From assembly GCA_947628325.1 (NCBI GenBank), contig CANQZL010000001.1, forward strand, positions 1 through 41,340: a DNA stretch of 41,340 nt, given 5' to 3'. Shown in pieces: positions 18,331-25,959 of the stretch (its first letter is position 1; each line of letters opens with the position of its first letter). Position numbers and translations under genes: made by a program. Source of the stretch: an uncultured Bacilli bacterium. Lineage in GTDB: Bacteria; Bacillota_I; Bacilli_A; RF39; UBA660. The notes beneath the pieces are model-generated. The model was not told the DNA's origin, did no database searches, and saw only the letters and a list, made by a program, of their open reading frames with translations.

Positions 18331-18534
18331 ATGAAAAATAGGGAAGAAATACTGAATCAAGATTATTTAACAGCTAATGATTTGAGGCAGTTGATTCCAA
18401 CTATGGGATTAGGGAATTGTTTAAATATTATTGATGAAGTAAGGGCCGAAATGGAAAAAAAAGGGTATTTTGTACCAAAGACAAAGCCTAGGATTGCTTT
18501 AACTAAAATGGTTAAGAAAAAATTAGGCTTATAA
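18331..18534 (+). CDS. small DNA-binding-like protein (DUF3173/excisionase-like pattern)
   Basis: 67 aa with a TAGGAGGG RBS. The pattern LTANDLRQLIP...IIDEVRAEMEKKGYFVPKTKPRIALTKMVKKKLGL resembles DUF3173-type proteins of integrative elements (by eye only). Confidence 0.4.
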   Translation: MKNREEILNQDYLTANDLRQLIPTMGLGNCLNIIDEVRAEMEKKGYFVPKTKPRIALTKMVKKKLGL

Positions 18535-18550
18535 GAAGGTGGTGATTATT

Positions 18551-18679
18551 ATGAAAAAACAAAAAAAACCCAAAAGCACTAATGAACTAAAAGTTATAGT
18601 TCACAATAAACCAACACCAGAAGAAGCGGCAGAAAAAATAAAAAAAATATGCAAAAAAATAGAAGAAATATATTCATGA
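18551..18679 (+). CDS. small hypothetical protein (42 aa)
   Basis: Found by hand: ATG 18551 after AAGGTGGTG. Translation MKKQKKPKSTNELKVIVHNKPTPEEAAEKIKKICKKIEEIYS. Confidence 0.45.
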   Translation: MKKQKKPKSTNELKVIVHNKPTPEEAAEKIKKICKKIEEIYS

Positions 18680-18695
18680 TAGGAGGAATACTTTT

Positions 18696-18863
18696 ATGCA
18701 AATAACAAAAATTAAAGAAACAACTATGAATTTATTATCAGTAGTTGTCTTATACTCATTAATTATTTTTGGAGTTGTTTTAATAAATGCCAGATTAGGG
18801 CAAATTAATGAACAAAAAAGTGCTGATGTACCCGAAATACAACCAGCACAAATCAATCATTAA
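18696..18863 (+). CDS. small single-pass membrane protein (55 aa)
   Basis: Found by hand: ATG 18696 after TAGGAGGA. One TM helix (MNLLSVVVLYSLIIFGVVLI). The antisense track ORF 18674-18856 is its shadow. Confidence 0.55.
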   Translation: MQITKIKETTMNLLSVVVLYSLIIFGVVLINARLGQINEQKSADVPEIQPAQINH

Positions 18864-18906
18864 TTTAAAAAAATTAACAATATAATTGTACAAAAAATTA
18901 ATGATT
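18855..18906. repeat. nested inverted repeat upstream of the replication-associated genes
   Basis: Perfect 10-bp arms AATCATTAAT (18855-18864) and ATTAATGATT (18897-18906) enclose an inner ACAAT-ATA-ATTGT palindrome. Confidence 0.6.
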
Positions 18907-18926
18907 TTGTCAAATCGAGGAAAGAA

Positions 18927-19529
18927 ATGAAATTAACAAATAAAAATAGTTTCATTTTATATGCTGATCAATATGCTTCCGTTAAAAAACTTTCTGTTGA
19001 ACAGAGAGGAGAATTACTCACTTCATTATACGAGTATAGTATCTTCGGCAAAATATTAGAAACAGATGATCTTGCGTTAGATTTGGTTTTTACGATGTTT
19101 AAAGAAACTTTGGACAGAGACAAAGAAAAATACATCGCTAAATGTGAGGCAAATAAACGTAATGGTTCTTTAGGTGGAAGGCCGCCTAAAATTTCTGTTG
19201 ACTTAAAACCGAATGGTTTTTTTGAAAACCGAGATAAACCCAAAAAAGCCGATAGTGATAGTGATAATGATAGTGATAGTGATAATGATAGTGATAGTGA
19301 TAGTAATAAAAAAGAAAATATAAAAAAGAAAAAATTTATTAAACCATCTTTTGAAGAAATTAAAAATTATTGCCTTGAAAGGCAAAACAATATAGACGTA
19401 CGTGTTTTTTTAGATTATTACGAGTCCAATGGTTGGAAAGTTGGCAAAAATCCTATGAAAGATTGGAAAGCCACCATTAGAAATTGGGAGAGGAATGATC
19501 GAAAGAAAAAAAATAATTCATTTTTTTAA
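18927..19529 (+). CDS. DUF6291-like phage protein with acidic D/S/N repeat linker and conserved C-terminal WK-rich domain
   Basis: The N-terminus NSFILYADQY...LSVEQRGELLTSLYEY...NKRNGSLGGRPPK matches the DUF6291 pattern. The C-terminus PSFEEIKNYCLERQNNIDVRVFLDYYESNGWKVGKNPMKDWKATIRNWE is typical of phage replication-module proteins. Confidence 0.6.
   Translation: MKLTNKNSFILYADQYASVKKLSVEQRGELLTSLYEYSIFGKILETDDLALDLVFTMFKETLDRDKEKYIAKCEANKRNGSLGGRPPKISVDLKPNGFFENRDKPKKADSDSDNDSDSDNDSDSDSNKKENIKKKKFIKPSFEEIKNYCLERQNNIDVRVFLDYYESNGWKVGKNPMKDWKATIRNWERNDRKKKNNSFF
19251..19307 (+). repeat. in-frame tandem repeat (GATAGT/GATAAT units) encoding DSDSDNDSDSDNDSDSDSN
   Basis: The 18-nt unit GATAGTGATAGTGATAAT occurs twice, followed by a 21-nt variant, inside CDS 18927-19529. 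Confidence 0.85.
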
Positions 19530-19538
19530 GAGGTGAAA

Positions 19539-20102
19539 ATGACAAGAGAAGAAGTTAAAAATTTATTAAATAAAATCAAAATTTATCGTTCTTATTTCGG
19601 TTTTGAATTTGCAGATAGCAAAGAAAGAAAAGATATGTTTATCGATGAATGGTTTAATAAATTAGCTCCTTACGACGCAGAAGATATTGACAAGAATCTA
19701 GAAAAATTTTTAATGGATGAAGAAAACATTGGAAAGAATCCCGACGTGTATCAGCTTATAAAAAGAACTTTAAAAAGTAAAGATAAAAAAATAAAAGGAA
19801 GAATTTATTCTAGATGTATGTTTTGCGGGAAAGAGATTGATTATGTTTATGACAAACATGAAAAAAGATGTCGCTCTGTAAAATATATATCGCGAATGTG
19901 TAGTAAATATTTAGATAAAAAAGTAGATGAAGAAGAACTTTATCAAATGGAAGAAAGGACCTTTAAGAAGAGATATATCTTAACACTTGAAAAATTATTA
20001 CCAAATGTAAAAGAATATAGCCCTTTAGAGGCAAGGTGTATAGAAAATGTTATAGAAACTTATTACGGTAGAGAACCAAGATATTCTTTGAAGGAGATTT
20101 AA
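19539..20102 (+). CDS. G39P-like helicase-loader family protein with C-terminal Cys/His cluster
   Basis: The N-terminus MTREEVKNLLNKIKIYRSYF...FIDEWFNKLAPYDAEDIDKNLEKFL follows the SPP1 G39P-family pattern. CMFCGKEI...HEKRC is zinc-ribbon-like. The ATG at 19539 has an AAGAGG RBS. Confidence 0.5.
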   Translation: MTREEVKNLLNKIKIYRSYFGFEFADSKERKDMFIDEWFNKLAPYDAEDIDKNLEKFLMDEENIGKNPDVYQLIKRTLKSKDKKIKGRIYSRCMFCGKEIDYVYDKHEKRCRSVKYISRMCSKYLDKKVDEEELYQMEERTFKKRYILTLEKLLPNVKEYSPLEARCIENVIETYYGREPRYSLKEI

Positions 20103-20285
20103 ATGGAGAAGAAAAAATTTAAAGAAATATTAAAAAAAGAAAAACCAGAAAATATAATTTCAGATTATATGAAATGCAATATTTATTTAACTGATAAACA
20201 GTTAAAAACAGTAATCGATGAAAAGAATAAAGACGCGAAAAACGAAGGCCATGGAGCTGTATGTTTTGATTATAGGAAGGGATAA
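20103..20285 (+). CDS. hypothetical protein
   Basis: 60 aa. GAAGGAG RBS and a TAAATG junction with the upstream gene. Confidence 0.65.
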   Translation: MEKKKFKEILKKEKPENIISDYMKCNIYLTDKQLKTVIDEKNKDAKNEGHGAVCFDYRKG

Positions 20286-20288
20286 AAT

Positions 20289-20840
20289 ATGATAATAGTA
20301 AGTAAAAAGAAATACGATAATGACATCGCTGATAAAAACGCAGAAATTCAAGGATTAAAAAATAAAATTACAAAAGCAGATAATGAAAGAAAAATATTAG
20401 ATGGACAAATTAGTGATTTAAATAAGAAACTCATATCAAGTGAATATAATCTAACTCAATCTAAAGAAACCAATAAAGGATTAAAAGCGAATATAGAAGC
20501 TTTAAATGCTGCAATTAAAAAATTACAAACAAATGCTAAAATATCCAAATCATTATCAGCTAAACATGCAAAAGATAAGAAGAGATTTATTGATAATTTA
20601 ATTAAAGAAAAAAGAGAATTATTAACAAAAAATGATAATTTAAATAAAAAAATAGTAGATTTAGAAGCTAAGAATATAGAAGCAGAAAAACTTAAACAAG
20701 ATGCTATTAATAAAACATTAGAGTTATCTAAAGAATTGGATAAAATCAAAAATAAACCAACAGCAGTAGATGCTAAATTATATTCAGAAACTAAAAAAGA
20801 AACTTCCAAATATATAGGTTCTTCTAAAAGGAAGAAATAA
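20289..20840 (+). CDS. coiled-coil hypothetical protein
   Basis: 183 aa with a heptad-rich K/E/L/N composition. AGGAAGGG RBS. Confidence 0.7.
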   Translation: MIIVSKKKYDNDIADKNAEIQGLKNKITKADNERKILDGQISDLNKKLISSEYNLTQSKETNKGLKANIEALNAAIKKLQTNAKISKSLSAKHAKDKKRFIDNLIKEKRELLTKNDNLNKKIVDLEAKNIEAEKLKQDAINKTLELSKELDKIKNKPTAVDAKLYSETKKETSKYIGSSKRKK

Positions 20841-20841
20841 A

Positions 20842-21090
20842 ATGGGAAAAATTTTTAAGATAAGAAATTTTGATGATCAGATACTAAGAAAATGTGGATA
20901 TAAAAGAAATCAAAATGGTTATTCAAAACAATTAAAAAATAGAAAATTTCTTTTTTTAGATATTCAGTATATAGATGGCATTGTAATGAAAACAAAGATG
21001 GAAAACAATCAATTTATATTTATTGCAGCTAATGAAAGAGACGTAAAAGATTTAATAAAATATAAACTTGTAAGAGAAATAAAAAAATAG
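20842..21090 (+). CDS. hypothetical protein
   Basis: 82 aa with an AAAGGAAG RBS. Confidence 0.65.
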   Translation: MGKIFKIRNFDDQILRKCGYKRNQNGYSKQLKNRKFLFLDIQYIDGIVMKTKMENNQFIFIAANERDVKDLIKYKLVREIKK

Positions 21091-21132
21091 TCTAAAAATT
21101 ATAAAAACTATTTTATAAAAAAAATATCAAAT

Positions 21133-21155
21133 AAGCCTAGAAAAACACTAGGCTT
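21133..21155. other. 8-bp GC-containing hairpin bounding the recombinase cassette
   Basis: AAGCCTAG-AAAAACA-CTAGGCTT. The T-rich tail is present only on the minus strand (ATTTGATATTTTTTTT). Confidence 0.55.
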
Positions 21156-21222
21156 AATGATAATTAACATAATGCAACAAAAGTATAAGGTAATGTTGCA
21201 ATCAAAAAGAAAGAAGAATTAT

Positions 21223-22080
21223 ATGAAAGTAGATGAATTTAAAGACAATATAAATAAATTTTTATTAGATTTACAAGATGATGAATTATCTATTCAATCG
21301 ATAAATATTTATAAACATTGTCTTAATCAATTTTTGAATTACCTAGAAGAAAAAAAATTATCTACTTTCAATAAATCTAATCTTATTAATTATCGAGAAT
21401 TTTTAATAAGTAAGTATAAAATATCTACGACAAATATGTATATTGTTATTATTAATAAATATTTAATTTATTTAAAAAAAGATGATCTTAAAGTAAAACA
21501 ATTAAAACAACAAAGAAAACAATCTGTAGAAAATATTCCAGACAGTAAAGATTACAAAAGAATGCTTAGAATTGCTAAAAATAAAAATTATTTAGATGTT
21601 TATTATATAATGTTAATTTTCGGTTATTCTGGAATAAGAGTATCAGAGTTATCTTATGTAACAGTTGAATCGTTGAAAAAATCAAAAAGTGAAAAATGTA
21701 TTTTAATTTTTAGTAAAGGTAAGTATAAAGAAATTATTATACCAAAGTGGTTAAGACGTGAATTATTAAATTATGCTAAATCAATAGGCATCACATCTGG
21801 GTATATCTTTCATCAAAAGAATAATGTTAAAAAGCCATTACATCGTTCAACCATTTGGCGAAAAATTCAGAAAATATGTGGATTAGCAAGAATAGACAAG
21901 AGAAAAGGACATCCACATGCATTAAGGCATTTATTTGGAAAGAATTATTTAAAATATGTTAACAATGATTATCAACAAGTAGCTGATGCAATGGGTCACA
22001 ATAGCACAAAGACATCAGAAATTTATACACAATTGTCTAGAGAAGAAAAAGCAGAAAAAATAGATAAATTTAAATACTAA
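21223..22080 (+). CDS. second tyrosine recombinase (XerC/D-like, no arm-binding domain)
   Basis: Catalytic residues SGIRVSEL (Arg), HPHALRHLFG (H-x-x-R-H) and MGHNSTKTSEIYTQL (His, Tyr). The likely start is ATG 21223 (MKVDEFKDNINKF); the track start at 21157 is less likely. Confidence 0.85.
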   Translation: MKVDEFKDNINKFLLDLQDDELSIQSINIYKHCLNQFLNYLEEKKLSTFNKSNLINYREFLISKYKISTTNMYIVIINKYLIYLKKDDLKVKQLKQQRKQSVENIPDSKDYKRMLRIAKNKNYLDVYYIMLIFGYSGIRVSELSYVTVESLKKSKSEKCILIFSKGKYKEIIIPKWLRRELLNYAKSIGITSGYIFHQKNNVKKPLHRSTIWRKIQKICGLARIDKRKGHPHALRHLFGKNYLKYVNNDYQQVADAMGHNSTKTSEIYTQLSREEKAEKIDKFKY

Positions 22081-22092
22081 GGAGATGAGATT

Positions 22093-22233
22093 ATGGATGT
22101 AGGGACTTTTTTAACAATTGTAATTGTTATATCAGCAGTTCTTTATATTTTTAACAGAGTCATGTATTACTTTGAATACGTGAAACCAAAACACGCTAAA
22201 AAAGAGGATTATTATGAAAATAGAAAAGACTAA
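22093..22233 (+). CDS. 46-aa single-pass membrane peptide
   Basis: Found by hand: ATG 22093 after AAGGAG, 12 nt downstream of the recombinase stop. Translation MDVGTFLTIVIVISAVLYIFNRVMYYFEYVKPKHAKKEDYYENRKD. Confidence 0.55.
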   Translation: MDVGTFLTIVIVISAVLYIFNRVMYYFEYVKPKHAKKEDYYENRKD

Positions 22234-22281
22234 TTTTAATATATCAGATTTTATAAAAAATGATTATAAGGAGGAAAAAAC

Positions 22282-22899
22282 ATGGGTAAAATTATAGCAG
22301 GTGATGGCGTAGGGGATATATTTCAAAAAATGAGTGAAGGTAATCCAATGGCATTAACGACTTGTTTTGAAATAATGAAATCCCAAAATATTGATTATGC
22401 GAATTTCTTTCCTTTATTTACATCATTAGATATGATGGGATTGTATGGTGACAAATTATATAAGTTGTGGAATCAATGTTGTAGTAGAAACATAAAAGAA
22501 GTATTGGATGTTATAGAGTATTTCTTATGTGGAGAAATTTCAAAATCAGATATAGAGTATAAAATTAATACTGGTGAAAGTTTTAAAGATTTAATAGAGG
22601 AAGCGAATAATAAAAGTATAGAATATAGCATTAGTATTGTTGGTGAATTAATAGTCATGGATAAAAAGAAACAAACTGTTAGATCGGTTGAAGTACCAAT
22701 CATTCAAAGACTTTTTAATGGAAAACAACAACTTATTTCTTTTTTAGAAAATAAAATAAAAGAACGTATGGATACTATTAAAATTAATAAAGTAGAACAT
22801 ATAGAAGAAATTGATAGTGCTTTAACGCGAAGATTAGCTGAATTAACTGCCTATCAAGAAGTATTAAATTTTGTTAATAAGAGTGATAAAGATGAGTGA
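22282..22899 (+). CDS. hypothetical protein
   Basis: 205 aa with a TAAGGAGG RBS. Confidence 0.75.
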   Translation: MGKIIAGDGVGDIFQKMSEGNPMALTTCFEIMKSQNIDYANFFPLFTSLDMMGLYGDKLYKLWNQCCSRNIKEVLDVIEYFLCGEISKSDIEYKINTGESFKDLIEEANNKSIEYSISIVGELIVMDKKKQTVRSVEVPIIQRLFNGKQQLISFLENKIKERMDTIKINKVEHIEEIDSALTRRLAELTAYQEVLNFVNKSDKDE

Positions 22900-23233
22900 A
22901 AAAGAATTAAATGAAATTATTGATATAATTGCTAGGATAGATGTTAATAATGAAACTGAAGCAATAGCAAAAGAAGAATTAATGAGTTATGCTGAACAAT
23001 TACAACAAGAAAATAAAGAATTAAAAAAATTTTTATGCAAAAGAAATGATTGTGCAGGTCGTTTAAAAAAAAATAATAAACTAACTGATAGCGAAGTTTT
23101 AGTTGAATTTGATAAGTGGCTCGAAAGTCAAAAGAAAGAATTGGATATAGTAAATCCATTTGATAGATGTAAATTATTAACTATTTGCAAACATTTAAAT
23201 AAGTTGCAAGAATTGAAAGGAACTAAGAAATAA
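22892..23233 (+). CDS. hypothetical protein
   Basis: The likely start is ATG 22892 (MSEKELNEIID), overlapping the upstream stop by 8 nt. The track start at 22871 is a TTG. Confidence 0.65.
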   Translation: MSEKELNEIIDIIARIDVNNETEAIAKEELMSYAEQLQQENKELKKFLCKRNDCAGRLKKNNKLTDSEVLVEFDKWLESQKKELDIVNPFDRCKLLTICKHLNKLQELKGTKK

Positions 23234-23511
23234 TGACAATAAAAGATTTATCAGAGCTTTTAAATTATGTAATGAAAAATAATTCTTGGGAAAAAAGTAG
23301 TACTCTTATGAAAGGTCGTAAAGCACCAAAATATCTCGATTTTAAAATATGGTTTACATTAGATACACGAGATGGAATAATCTTTTATTTTAAAACAAGA
23401 CATGCTGGACGTGATAAATCTTTTAGAGTTGAAGATAAAAAAGATTTAAAAAAAGTTTATGAATGGCTTGATGAAATAATTATAAAAGAATGGAATGATA
23501 ATAATGAATAA
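23233..23511 (+). CDS. hypothetical protein
   Basis: 92 aa with a TAATG overlap with the upstream gene. Confidence 0.65.
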   Translation: MTIKDLSELLNYVMKNNSWEKSSTLMKGRKAPKYLDFKIWFTLDTRDGIIFYFKTRHAGRDKSFRVEDKKDLKKVYEWLDEIIIKEWNDNNE

Positions 23512-23749
23512 AGACATTAAACTCGAAGATTTAAATTATGGGAAAACACAAGATGATGACGAGTTTGTTGTTTACCATGAACTCGGGAGGAAATCTGTAA
23601 GAAAAGAAATAACTTTTGTTAAAAATAAAAATGTAGTAGAATTATTACCTAAAATAGATGGTAATCATCATTATTTTACTAGACTTACTATGGAAGAATT
23701 ACAAGCAATACATAATAAATGTAAAGAATTAGGAATGTTAGATGAGTGA
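23495..23749 (+). CDS. hypothetical protein
   Basis: 84 aa; an alternative start is ATG 23504. Confidence 0.6.
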   Translation: MIIMNKDIKLEDLNYGKTQDDDEFVVYHELGRKSVRKEITFVKNKNVVELLPKIDGNHHYFTRLTMEELQAIHNKCKELGMLDE

Positions 23750-24053
23750 AAAATTAAGAAAAAAATTAGCTATTGATGAATATTTACAACTAATAAAAGA
23801 AGATAAAAATTTAAATATGGCTTACACTTCATTATCACAATATATGAACTCATTAGAACACCAATTAGAAGAAAAAGACAAAGTTATTGATGAAATAGAA
23901 AAAAGGTGTAACCAAGAAATAAGTTCAGCTATGATTCAATATGAAAGACATAAAAGAAATGACACGTGGCAATACATAATTGCACATAAAAGGATTTTAG
24001 AAATATTAGAAAAAATCGAAATAAAAAATAAAAATTACAAAAATGACAATTAA
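23742..24053 (+). CDS. hypothetical coiled-coil protein
   Basis: 103 aa, overlapping the upstream gene by 8 nt. Confidence 0.65.
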   Translation: MSEKLRKKLAIDEYLQLIKEDKNLNMAYTSLSQYMNSLEHQLEEKDKVIDEIEKRCNQEISSAMIQYERHKRNDTWQYIIAHKRILEILEKIEIKNKNYKNDN

Positions 24054-24072
24054 AAAAATAAAAGGTGGTTAT

Positions 24073-24630
24073 ATGGAAGAAAACAAAAAAGAATTTATTG
24101 AACTATTAAAATCGGTAGACAGAGTAGGTATTAATGACTTAATAAAATATTTAGAAAATGAAACAGATTTCTTTATTTCTCCAGCAAGTTCAAAATATCA
24201 TTTATCTTTTCCAGGAGGGTTATTACAGCATAGCCTGAATGTTTATAAAATATTAAAAGAAGAATTAAAAAATACTAAATATGGCGATAATACGATTAAA
24301 TTAGTCTCTTTACTACATGATGTTTGTAAAGCAAATTATTATAAATTAGATTATAAAAATGCCAAAATAAACAACGAATGGAAACAAGTAGAGTATTATA
24401 CAGTTGATGATCAATTGCCTTTAGGACACGGGGAAAAATCAGTTATGATTGTATCAGATTTTATTTATTTAACACGTGAAGAAAAGTTGGCCATACGTTG
24501 GCATATGGGAGCTTTTGAAAGTAAAGAAAATTATTCATATATTAATAAAGTATTTAGAGATAGTGAATTAGCTTTTTATTTGCATATAGCTGATCTAAAA
24601 GCTACATATATAATCGAAAAAGAATCTTAG
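24073..24630 (+). CDS. HD-domain phosphohydrolase
   Basis: Motifs LLQHSLNV, LLHDVCK, GHGEKSV and IRWHMG (HD superfamily metal ligands). The ATG at 24073 has an AAAGGTGG RBS. Confidence 0.75.
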   Translation: MEENKKEFIELLKSVDRVGINDLIKYLENETDFFISPASSKYHLSFPGGLLQHSLNVYKILKEELKNTKYGDNTIKLVSLLHDVCKANYYKLDYKNAKINNEWKQVEYYTVDDQLPLGHGEKSVMIVSDFIYLTREEKLAIRWHMGAFESKENYSYINKVFRDSELAFYLHIADLKATYIIEKES

Positions 24631-24644
24631 AAAAGAGGTAGAAA

Positions 24645-25109
24645 ATGAGCATAATAGAGCAATTCTTTGAAAGAGTCAAAAGTTTAAAAATACAGAAAGA
24701 CGAGAAATTAAGAGAGTATATTGAATCTGCAATGGTCATATCAGACACATATAGCAATGAATTTTCAGTCGTTAAATCTAAAAGTAAACCATTAGGCTTA
24801 GATGATTTATTGGCTGCTAATGAAGGACTATACAATCAATATGACAAATTAAATAAAGAATATAATGCAGAAAGAATTAAATGTATAAATAAAATAAAAG
24901 AAATAAATGATCATATATATGAGCTAATATTAATATACTCATTCATCGACTATAGTAATGACAAAGATGTTATTTATGCTCTTAATAGATATCACAAAAT
25001 CTATTATGCTGAATCGTATTTTCGAAAATTAAAAAGTAAAGCAATAAAAAAGTTAGAAAAATTGTTAAATGAAAAAAGGAACAAAGAAGAACAAAAAGGA
25101 ACAAAATGA
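24645..25109 (+). CDS. putative late-gene transcriptional regulator (ArpU / sigma region-4-like), called by position
   Basis: 154 aa and the last gene before the packaging module. The C-terminal basic helix region is ...YAESYFRKLKSKAIKKLEKLL. The function is inferred from synteny only. Confidence 0.4.
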   Translation: MSIIEQFFERVKSLKIQKDEKLREYIESAMVISDTYSNEFSVVKSKSKPLGLDDLLAANEGLYNQYDKLNKEYNAERIKCINKIKEINDHIYELILIYSFIDYSNDKDVIYALNRYHKIYYAESYFRKLKSKAIKKLEKLLNEKRNKEEQKGTK

Positions 25110-25124
25110 TACAAAACAGAACAA
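25079..25124. repeat. five GAACAA-type motifs phased at exactly 10 bp
   Basis: GAACAA at 25079, 25089, 25099 and 25119, with a degenerate ATACAA at 25109. The array straddles the stop codon of CDS 24645-25109. Confidence 0.7.
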
Positions 25125-25148
25125 GCAAAGTATGATATAGTGTAAAAT

Positions 25149-25192
25149 GTAAGAAGTTGTAACGATAACCTCCTTACGTTACATTATCTTAC
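25149..25192 (+). other. two-tier hairpin presenting CCUCC in its 12-nt loop
   Basis: Outer stem GTAAGA/TCTTAC (25149-25154 / 25187-25192). Inner stem TGTAACG/CGTTACA (25158-25164 / 25177-25183). Loop ATAACCTCCTTA. Confidence 0.6.
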
Positions 25193-25220
25193 GCGACGTT
25201 TATGTCAAAACTTCCTTTCG

Positions 25221-25248
25221 AAAGAGAACTAGTTTCTCTTTTTTGTTT
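25221..25248 (+). terminator. rho-independent terminator ending the early/middle transcription unit
   Basis: Stem AAAGAGAA/TTCTCTTT with loop CTAGT, then TTTTGTTT. Confidence 0.7.
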
Positions 25249-25414
25249 ATAAAAATTTAGATAGTATTATTCCACGTACAAGTAGGGAAAACGGTAATGA
25301 ATACTGGGTAAATGACGATTTACTTTCAATGCATTGAATAAACAGCTATTTAAGATTAGGAGATTATATAAAGTAATTAAATAATCTTGAATTAGTTATC
25401 GTCCTATTTGTACC

Positions 25415-25423
25415 TGGTATAAT
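25415..25423 (+). promoter_or_regulatory. extended -10 element upstream of terS (candidate late promoter)
   Basis: TGgTATAAT at 25415-25423. There is no good -35, which fits an activator-dependent promoter. Confidence 0.35.
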
Positions 25424-25458
25424 ACTATCTAATAAAATGGTGGTGAAGAAATGAAAAT

Positions 25459-25959
25459 ATGGCAAAGAATCAAATCTGGTTAACAGAAGAATCTCTTCTT
25501 CTAATTGAAGGATGGGCAAGAGATGGACTGACCGATACAGAGATATCCAAAAAGATGAGAATCTCAAGAAACACACTTTATAAATGGATAAAATTATATC
25601 CAGAAATAAAAGAAGCGATAAAAAAAGGCAAAGTAATAGCCGACTACAAAGTAGAAGATTCATTGTTTAAAAAGACACAAGGATATACAGTACAAGTCAA
25701 AAAAAATTTCAAGCTAAAAAATGTTAAATATGGAAAAAATGGTAAAAAGATAAGTGAAACAGAAGAGTTAGTGGCTGTGTATGATGAGCTTCATATTCCT
25801 GCCGATACAGGAGCTATAATATACTGGTTAAAATGTAGAAAAGCTGATAAGTGGAATGAAATAATAAGTAAAAATTCAGCTGCTAATGATATAGAAGATT
25901 TAACACCACTAGCAAAAATGTTAGGATTCGATAGCGATGAAACTAACACAGACAATTAA
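25459..25959 (+). CDS. terS: terminase small subunit
   Basis: 166 aa with an N-terminal HTH (LTDTEISKKMRISRNTLYKWIK), immediately upstream of and overlapping terL. Confidence 0.8.
   Translation: MAKNQIWLTEESLLLIEGWARDGLTDTEISKKMRISRNTLYKWIKLYPEIKEAIKKGKVIADYKVEDSLFKKTQGYTVQVKKNFKLKNVKYGKNGKKISETEELVAVYDELHIPADTGAIIYWLKCRKADKWNEIISKNSAANDIEDLTPLAKMLGFDSDETNTDN

Noticed and set aside
19251-19307. Short tandem repeat array considered as CRISPR-like or a non-coding satellite.
   Set aside because: The units are 6-18 nt with no spacers, and the array lies in-frame within a CDS, encoding a D/S/N linker. It is not a CRISPR array.
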